From positions 61,628,001 to 61,692,000 of the forward strand of contig OX597819.1 in assembly GCA_951406725.2 (NCBI GenBank): 64,000 nt of DNA, read 5' to 3'. The notes below the pieces were generated by a model, which worked only from the letters and a program-made list of their open reading frames with translations, was not told where the DNA came from and did not search any database. The stretch comes from Octopus vulgaris. Taxonomy: Eukaryota. This document shows, piece by piece, positions 55,198 to 64,000 of the stretch. The position numbers were made by a program, and so were the translations under genes. Numbering within the stretch: the first letter of the stretch is position 1; each line of letters opens with the position of its first letter.

Positions 55198-55340
55198 AAC
55201 TTATAAATAAGGGCAAACGAAAACATTTCTAATGCCAAATATGCCGAAATTTGACAAAATTATCCATAACCATATCATTTTTCACAATACGCACGCTACT
55301 CGAAAAAAAAGTCGACAGAAATTTCTAAAAAATTCCATTA

Positions 55341-55400
55341 TTATCATATCGGACCGATTTCAGGGTTAGTTCATAAGAACCCTCCCTTCGTCAGTGATAA
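55341..55400 (-). ncRNA. Type I hammerhead ribozyme with canonical core, orphan
   Basis: Minus strand: ttatca CTGACGA aggg agg gttc ttat gaac taa ccct GAAA tcgg t ccga TA tgataa. All three stems pair. Confidence 0.88.
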
Positions 55401-55662
55401 ATGTGGCAAAGAAATAAATGAGATACTTACTCATACCCATGGAAGAAGCAAACACTATGTCTTGAGCACAATTAAGTACCCCAAATACATCCAAAATAGA
55501 AACTCTCCAGCCCATTCAAGACACGTGCGATTTGAACTGAGGCTCTCACAGAGTGAGAGAGTCCGGAAGTGAACACTATTAAATTTATATTTAATGTAGG
55601 ATAAATTTATGTAGAGCACAATTCATTTCCCATCTAGGTGACGCTTAGAAAGCATTGTTAAT

Positions 55663-56079
55663 ACCTATTTCTTTACTACCCATAAGGGGCTAAACATAGA
55701 GGGAACAAACAAGGACAGACAAAGAGATTAAGTCGATTACATCGACCCCTGTGCATAACTGGTACTTAATTTATCGACCCCGAAAGGATGAAAGGCAAAG
55801 TCGATCTCGGCGGAATTTGAACTCACAACGTAACGGCAGACGAAATACCTATTTCTATTTCTTTACTACCCACAAGGGCTAAACACAGAAGGGACAAACA
55901 AGGACAGACAAGCGAATTAAGTCGATTACATCGACCCAGTGCGGTACTTAATTTATCGACCCCGAAAGGATGAAAGGCAAAGTCGACCTCGGCGGAATTT
56001 GAACTTACAACGTAACGGCAGACGAAATACGACTACGCTTTTCGCCCGGCGTGCTAACGTTTCCGCCAGCTCGCCGCCT
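55663..56079 (-). mobile_element. SINE family A, 1.5-mer
   Basis: Tandem units with the same junction as 2862-3245. Confidence 0.8.
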
Positions 56080-56515
56080 TCAAGCATTGTTAACACCGAG
56101 ATCCTCTCACTATTTGTCTAAGATTGTTCTTATCACGGACCTCCCTCTAATCAGCTTCAGATTTCTTCAATATATATACAAAGTATACTGCAATCATTGT
56201 AACTGTACTCTTGTACAATACGTTATCCCCCAGTTTACAAGGGACACTGCGTTCATTCAGTTACACAAGCTTCAACAGCCCCAAACGAAAATAGGTCAGA
56301 ATGTTTAAGTACAATAATACGTGCCTAAATATATCAATATAGTAACGTGATATCAAGTTAAGATAGGCCTCAGTAACTTAAGACGGGTTTTTTTCAGCCT
56401 CTATTGCTGATATACACCTTTAGTTCACTTGTAGAATTATTAATATAGTATTGTAAAAGATATATATATCTATGCTATAAGATATATATGCAGATTTATA
56501 TATATATATGTATGA

Positions 56516-56565
<50 letters not shown>

Positions 56566-56595
56566 TACAAGATTAATATAGTATTGTAAAAGATA

Positions 56596-56760
56596 TACCG
56601 TATTTTAACGTGTATAAGGAATCCTCTAATTTTGGGGGCTTAAAATTTGGAAAAAAGGTTTTGCAAGGGATTATAATAGTATCCATGTATAAGAAACTCT
56701 CATAGTTTTTAAACCTAATTTTTGACAAAATTGGTTCCTTATCCACGTTAAAATACGGTA
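56596..56760. mobile_element. Tc1/pogo-type MITE
   Basis: Perfect terminal inverted repeat taccgtattttaacgtg / cacgttaaaatacggta, including TA ends. Confidence 0.8.
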
Positions 56761-56763
56761 TAT

Positions 56764-56875
56764 ATCTATATATATAAAACTGAAAATGTGTGTCTGTCTG
56801 TCTGTGTGAATCTCTAAAACTTGAGAACTACTCAACCAATTTCATTCAGATTTTACACATGCCTTACCTAGGGTG
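56764..56875 (+). mobile_element. Helitron-like non-autonomous 5' fragment
   Basis: tctatatatataaaa..(GTCT)n..aactactcaaccaatttcattcagattttacac head, typical of this group. Confidence 0.4.
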
Positions 56876-58686
56876 AGCCTACAACAATATCATATCTTCT
56901 CCACTATTTCAGTATTACGTGTTAAAAGTGAAACAAAAACATCTCTCTATTGTAATGTCAGATACTTTCACTTTAATACTGAAACTATTAAAGTTAAACT
57001 ATTATATAAGAGGGATGAACCATTGACAGGGGACATCCATTTTGCTAGAAGAAGATCCGCTATGGTCATGTATGCTACACCACTGGTTTCAATTCATATT
57101 AATCAAATTAATATTCAATTTCTCACCCTCATTATTTAAAATTTAAATTTAAACCCAGGACCATGTGTTTTGGAACGAAGTTTGTTACCACACAGCCACA
57201 CCTGCACCTATGTATGTGTCTGTGCGTGTATGTGTGTATAGCTGTATATGTATACATTTATTTCTATACATATAGATGTATATGTGTAGATGTATATATA
57301 TGGATGTACATGTAATATGTACACATATATATTCACTTATATACATGCATACATATATACACCCATACACACATACACACACACACACACAGGTGCAGGT
57401 GTGGCTGTGTGGTAACAAACTTCGTTCCAAAACACATGGTCCTCAGTTCAGTCCCACTGTGTGGTAACTTGGCACGTGTCTCCTGCTAAAGCCTCAGACC
57501 AACCAAAGCCTTGTCAGTGGATTTTGTTGACAGAAACCGAAAGAAATCAATTGTATGTATATGTATGTATATATGTAAGTCTATGTGTGTGTCTGTGTTT
57601 CTCCCTCATCACTGCTTCACAACTGGTGCTCGTTTATTTACATCCCCATAACTTACTGGTTTCACAAGAAGAAACTGGTAGAATAAGTATCAGGCTTATC
57701 AATATATAAAAAAGCACTAGGCAGTGCCTCATATTTTTGTTTGCCCACTCAGTTGTATCTATCAATTTATCTTTGTGCGTGTGTGTGTGTACTGTTACCT
57801 GTACTTTAAAGAACAAAATACATTGTTAGCAACCAAACTAAGTGTTTTATGAAATATAACGCATTTTTACTTGAAACGATGGAAAAAGTATTCAACCAAA
57901 TTTAAACAACTTATTTTCAAATTTAATTTTAAGCAATTCCGTTTTTGTTTAGTTCTCAAGATTCTTGATGTGAACTCATGTTTTCATACGGGTGAGTCAT
58001 TATGCCAATAATAAATACACGTGCTGGTTCTATTTCATCTCTTTATTTTTATTAATCAATTTAGTTATCCATTTAGCCAGTTAACTAATCGACCATTTGA
58101 TTAATTCTTCAGATAATCAGTCAGCTAAGTTTGTCAAAATCCTTTCGTCGCCATTCGCAATTCCATCAATGATATACCCTCTCTACTCCAAGACTATTTC
58201 ACATCTGTCGAAGAGAGAGGTGGCATGATGAAATTTTAAGAACCAACGTTTTATCCATTTGATAAGTGAAAGTAACTAACAAGTTGCTTTACTCGTATTC
58301 TTGGTTTAACTTTGTTCTAGTTGACAGTTTAACAATTTAACGAAAAAAAATTGACAAAAACACTGTTTGATGAATACAGATCTGAATATTTCTGCTAGTC
58401 TTTCACAGACTGTCTCCTTAGACAAACTGTTCACCAGGATTAACTTGGAAGTCTCAACTTGGTCGCTTGATCCAATAGAAATAACAATGAAAACTTCCCT
58501 TATCATACCCAATCGTCTTTAAAAAGGAAGAATGCGTTAGACAATATAGAAGTTGATATACTAGGGCTGGGTAAAAATGTAGGATGGCTACGAAAAGGAA
58601 TGCTTTCGTTAATAGGTCTGTCTGCTCAAACAGTTTTTCACCTTGGGTTAATCAGCAACAAAAGCTACTACTACTGCTGCTGCTAT

Positions 58687-58720
<34 letters not shown>

Positions 58721-58721
58721 G

Positions 58722-58809
<88 letters not shown>

Positions 58810-59251
58810 TATACTGCTGCTGCTACTACTACCACTGCTACTTACAACAACAACAATAACAACAACAACAACAACAGCGACAACGAAGACGACAACAACA
58901 TCATCATCATCATTACCCCAGTGAAATCACTCTCTATTAGTATTAGTATTACTATCTCCATAAAGGCGGTGAGCGAGCGGAATCCTTAGCACGCTGGACA
59001 AAAATGCTTAGCTGTTTTACGATCTGAGTTCAAATTCCGCCGAGGTCGACTTTGTCTCTAATCTTTTCGAGGTGGATAAAGTAAGTACCAGCTGAACACT
59101 GGGTCGATGTAATCGGCTAAAACCCTCCTCTCAAAATTGCTGGCCTCGTGCCGAAACTTGGAAGCATTGTTACGATCACCATTCAATACACCATCTTCGT
59201 CAATATGAAAATATCCCAATGTATATTTTTATAAATATCGTGTACCAAAAA

Positions 59252-59430
59252 TACAGTAACCCCTCGCCACATCGCGGTTTATTATTTAAGCTTACGTCGA
59301 TTCCTCCGTGGTGTTGTATTGCAATTATAATAAAATAAATATACACAAATTATAAATATTTTTTTTTAAATATACCTATCGCGGGGTGATGGTGGAACGT
59401 AACATCCGTGATAGTCGAGGGATTACTGTA
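59252..59430. mobile_element. Tigger/pogo-type MITE
   Basis: TA-cagtaacccctcg ... cgagggattactg-TA terminal inverted repeats. Confidence 0.75.
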
Positions 59431-60004
59431 TACGTTCTCTAAACAATTATATATTTTCTACACCAAAAAATGTATATTTTTCATCTATTCTGTAATTTTT
59501 TTCTATCACTACTTCGGTAAGTAGCATGAAGGCTAGACTTTACTGATGAGGACATAACAAGACTGAAATATGCTGCAAACAATAATAATTAAATTAGTAA
59601 TATAATTATTGACTAATGTTGTTTTTTACCTCATTACATAATAATTTCAAATCAAATTTTTAATGTTCTTTGCATTAAATATGTTAATTTTAATTTGATA
59701 ACTAGGCTGCATGTTCATGTTAACAAAAGTCTCCAAAGAGAAAATGTTCATCTTGTTGCAAAAACCATAAACTAAAACTACCTTTCTGTTTGTTAACATG
59801 GGTTGCTCATTTACGGTTGAGTGGACTGAAGCAACGTGAAATCAAGCCTAGTACTTTAGAACACAGCGCACTGCTCAGTCTGGGAATCGAAACCACGATC
59901 TTGCGATTATGAATGTAACACCTTGACCACCAGGTCGTGCGTTAAGCATTTTCTTGACGCTTTAACGACTCTGCTAACAATCCGCTCTCAATAACATAAA
60001 TAAA

Positions 60005-60252
60005 TGCACCCTTTTAAAGCCTAGCCAGGCTCATGGGCCCGGTTTCCCGGCTTCTATGGTGTATGTGTTCCCCAGTTGGACGGGACGTCAGTCCATCGCA
60101 GTGTTACTCATTTTTGCCAGCTGAGTGGACTGGAGCAACGTGAAATGAAGTGTTTTGCTCAAGAACACAACGCGTCGCCCGGTCCAGAAATCGAAACCAC
60201 AATCTTACGTTCATGATGCTGACACCCTAACCACTAAGCCACGCGCCTCCAC
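60005..60252 (-). mobile_element. tRNA-derived SINE family C
   Basis: Minus-strand head ggaggcgcgtggcttagtggttagg (A box) and ggtttcgatttc (B box). Fragments also near 59810-59940 and 61900-61956. Confidence 0.75.
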
Positions 60253-61062
60253 TTCTTAATAACACACTGATTTTCAAACTAAACAGAGGGTCGGCAGTTT
60301 TGACGGGAGGAGAGCAATTGACGTCATCGACTCTGCTACTAGACAGGTACTTTATTTTATTGAGCCCTGGAGAGATGATGGGCAAAGTTGACCTCGGCTG
60401 AATGTGAATGTAAATGGCCAGAAGGAATGCTGCAAAGCATTTTGTCCGACGTTCTCACGATTGTGCCAGCTACCGCCTTCTAATGATCAGCTAATAATAA
60501 GCTTGGCCTTCACAACATCTTTCCATTTAAATATAACCTAACAGAAACAGGTTTTTTTCCATTAGCTAAATTAAGCCAAACATATTTCTCACCTGTGATT
60601 TTTTTTTTGTACTCTTTCTACTCTGAAAGATTACAACACAGCAATGCTAATAATCTCCGTTCACGTTTATTCAAATTTTCGGAAGCTAAAGTATATTTTC
60701 TCTGGATTTACTACTATTTCCATAAAGTCTCATTACCAAACATTGATAGCGTGTTAGGTCAAAATTAGGTTTGACCTAAAACGTATTAGATGTGAAATTC
60801 TCTTATCTCAAGTTCGTTGTTTTTCAAAGTACTAGAATGTAAGTATGAGTGAATGCAGACGAAACGCGTCCACAGTTAATCTAAGCCGAGTGAATTCGTT
60901 ATTTTTTCTCTTTACCTACGTGGCTTGTTGAGTATTGTTGTCTAGGATATTTTCTTATGGTAGAGAAATAGCGAGTTTTGGCTGCTATTTTTAAATTTCT
61001 GTATGTGGTAAAGCAAATTTTTTTACTGAACCCTAAGTATACTTATACTCATAATTATAAGA

Positions 61063-61167
<105 letters not shown>

Positions 61168-61284
61168 TGATGAAGATATTGTCGTCTGAATTATGTAAAA
61201 AGGAAAATAACACTGACATCTCATTTTAACAGATATATTTACCAAAATTACATAAAATATCTTTATCTTTACTAAAGAGTAAAT

Positions 61285-61392
61285 TTATTCAATAAAATCG
61301 CCATTCGCTTCAATCACGGCCTCATGACGACTTCGGAATCTCCTACAACTCTTCTGGACAGTCTCCTTGTTTAAGTTGGTGAATGCTGCCAT
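61285..61392 (-). mobile_element. Tc1/mariner transposase C-terminal fragment
   Basis: AAFTNLNKETVQKSCRRFRSRHEAVIEANGDFIE*. Confidence 0.6.
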
Positions 61393-61594
61393 ACGGTGTG
61401 TCATTTCCAAATTTCTGTCAAAGTGAATAAGTAATATTCGTAGCCACTTTAACATGGCTATTCATCCGAGCAGACTCTTCTGTAATTTTTTAACTTCAAG
61501 AGGACATCTCCTCCAGCTGGTTAACGATGCACAACTGCATCCGATAGAAATGAGAGCAGGGGAGCAAACCGCTACTTTCTCCTAGCGACGGGAA

Positions 61595-61644
<50 letters not shown>

Positions 61645-61850
61645 TATCAAAGAGGAAAAGGATTCCATTACCTTCAAACGGAATCTGGACAAATTTCTTC
61701 AAGGAATACCGGATAAGCCACCTATACCCGGATAAGTCACTCATCAAGAACTCCCTACCCGAATGGACTATGATACCACAAAACTTAACTTTAAAAGGAT
61801 TTAGATAATCCTATCAGGTAGTGCTATTAAGTTAGACTTGGCCTGGACCA
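61645..61850 (+). mobile_element. CR1/L2-like LINE 3' end fragment
   Basis: FKRNLDKFLQGIPDKP..PG...NSL..W. Confidence 0.5.
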
Positions 61851-61952
61851 ATCTTTGGTCGAAAGAAATCTAAGTTACCTAAGTTATATATATATATATA
61901 TGAAGTGTTTTGCTCAAGAACACAACGCGTCGCCCGGTCCAGAAATCGAAAC

Positions 61953-62016
<64 letters not shown>

Positions 62017-62381
62017 TATCTATCTATCTATCTATCTATAGAGGGGTAAATTAGCTCAGATGGTAGGTCGCTCACTTAGCATGTGAGAAGGATCGATAGC
62101 CGAATTCTTCACTTATATTTTTTACTGGCATGGCCCAGCCTCAAGTCAGACACATATAAAAGAATATATATACACACACACACGTATACACACTCACACC
62201 TATGTATGAATGTAATGTTTGTTTTTATGTTTCCCATATAAACAAACACAATAGAATTGTATTGAAGTATCAAGTTATACTGTTTAGTAGAGTGCATATT
62301 AATTTTTACAAGGAAAGGTTGACACGTCATGAGAATGATTACAGCCAGTAAAAAACAGAACTTCGAAAATAAGTATACATA

Positions 62382-62790
62382 CTGGCAGAGTCGTTAGCAC
62401 ACCGGGCGAAATGCTTGCCGGTATTTCGTCTGCCGCTACGTTCTGAGTTCAAATTCCGCCGGGGTCGACTTTGCCTTTCATCATTTCGGGGTCGATAAAT
62501 TAAGTACCAGTTACGCACTGGGGTCGATATAATCGACTTAATCCGTTTGTCTGTCCTTGTTTGTCCCTTCTATGTTTAGCCCCTTGTGGGTAGTAAAGAA
62601 ATAAGTATTTCGTCTACAGTTACGTTCTGAGTTTAAATTCCGCCGAGGTCGACTTTGCCTTTCATCCTTTCGGGGTCGATAAAATAAGTACCAGTTACGC
62701 ACTGGGGTCGATGTAATCGACTTAATCCTTTTGTCTGTCCTTGTTTGTACCTCTATGTTTAGCCCCTTGTGGGCAATAAAGAAATAAATA
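62382..62790 (+). mobile_element. SINE family A, 1.5-mer
   Basis: Tandem units joined at gtaaagaaataagtatttcgtc. Confidence 0.8.
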
Positions 62791-63149
62791 AGTATACATA
62801 CGTACATACACATATACATCTTTTACTCGTTTCATTCATTAGAATGTGGTCATGCTGGTGTACCGCCTTGAAAAGGTTTTTAGTCAAATGAATCGAAACC
62901 TGTACATATTTTTTAAAGCCTGATCCTTATTTTGTCAATCTATTTTGCTGAACTGCTAAGTTACATTGATATAAACACACTAACACCGGTTGTCAAATGA
63001 GTGTGCTTAAAACTATGATTTCGCATAATTTGTAAAGTCTATGATGATTTAAACATAAGGATACATTTTTATTAACCCAACACACCAGAATAATTTCATT
63101 GTACGTTTTTGCTAATCGATAACGTGTGTCTCAATTCCAGTATCCTTCC

Positions 63150-63450
63150 GCCTGTTAAGTACCAGCTCGGATAATGTGCCAAGTGCAGCAAACACCACGG
63201 GAACAATTGTCAACTTTGTATTCTACAATCTCTTTATCTTTTTGGCTGTAATTCGTATTTGGAAGCCACTGATCCTGAGCAGCGATAATATACCCCTTAG
63301 TTTCCGGCTAGAGACCAAAGCATACCAGCCTTTAATAGTTAAGGGTTTTATCGTCATCAGAGTACCTAGCTCTAACCGGGCCATGCAGTGGGTTTTACTC
63401 TTATTTTTCATTAGTGTATTAGAGGCCTGTTAGTTTGGGCTATATTTAAA
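63150..63450 (-). mobile_element. Highly decayed R4/Dong-like fragment
   Basis: Minus-strand frame IKRL*NTKLTIVPVVFAALGT resembles the endonuclease C-terminus of the 19698 element. Confidence 0.4.
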
Positions 63451-64000
63451 AAAAAATTATTTTGCCTTGTCTGTTAGGGACACTATTTCTTCGGGTACTA
63501 TACTATTTCCAAGTCTAAACCACTCAGCGCATCAGTTGATATTACATTTCTCTAAGCTAAATGTGTGAAACCATTTTTGCATCGAAAATGTTTCATTTTA
63601 TGTTTTACTACCATACAATAATTTGGCTTAGGTAAAATTAAGGTTGATTGTACCTCTAATAAATTCAATGGTCATAATATTGATTTCAAATTTTGACAAT
63701 TTCGGGGGATGAGGTAAGTCGATAACATCGACCAAAGGGCTCAGCTGGCACTTATTTTATCGACCCCGGAAGGATAAAAGGCAAAGTCGACCACCGCAGA
63801 ATTTGAACTCTGAACGCTGAAGACATACTAAGTACCTCTAATCATGCTAACGATTCTGCAAACTTCCCGCCCTAAAAACGGTTATAATATTGGTTTCAAA
63901 TTTTGGCACAAGGCCAGCAATTTCAGAGGAGGGGCTTAGTCGATTACACCGACTCCAATATTTAACTGATACTTAATTTATCGACCCCGAAAAGATGAAA

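Noticed and set aside
59543-59580. CTGATGA...GAAA
   Set aside because: No complementary stems.

Overview
AT-rich, microsatellite-dense animal intergenic or intronic DNA. The SINE content points to an octopus or other coleoid cephalopod (inference). No host protein-coding gene can be supported, and almost all short ORFs in the track are translations of microsatellites or SINEs. The one real long ORF (31396-33450, +) is an uninterrupted but 5'-truncated Penelope-like retroelement (PLE) with reverse transcriptase and a C-terminal GIY-YIG endonuclease. It looks Hydra-clade-like, is inserted in (TA)n, and has a type I hammerhead ribozyme (HHR) near its 3' end. Reading both strands for the HHR core shows about ten hammerhead motifs from several unrelated, mostly non-coding elements. 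Four have canonical cores (23941, 33973, 54419, 55341). One has a compensatory A3-U8 swap of the conserved C3-G8 pair (53663). A three-copy short element family has U in place of the conserved A6 (26030, 34237, 44498). The window also holds two tandem R4/Dong-like non-LTR fragments in (TAA)n, RTE and CR1-like fragments, three tRNA-derived SINE families, hAT and Tigger MITEs, Helentron-like elements and several long hairpins. All folds were read by eye; no database search or folding program was run.
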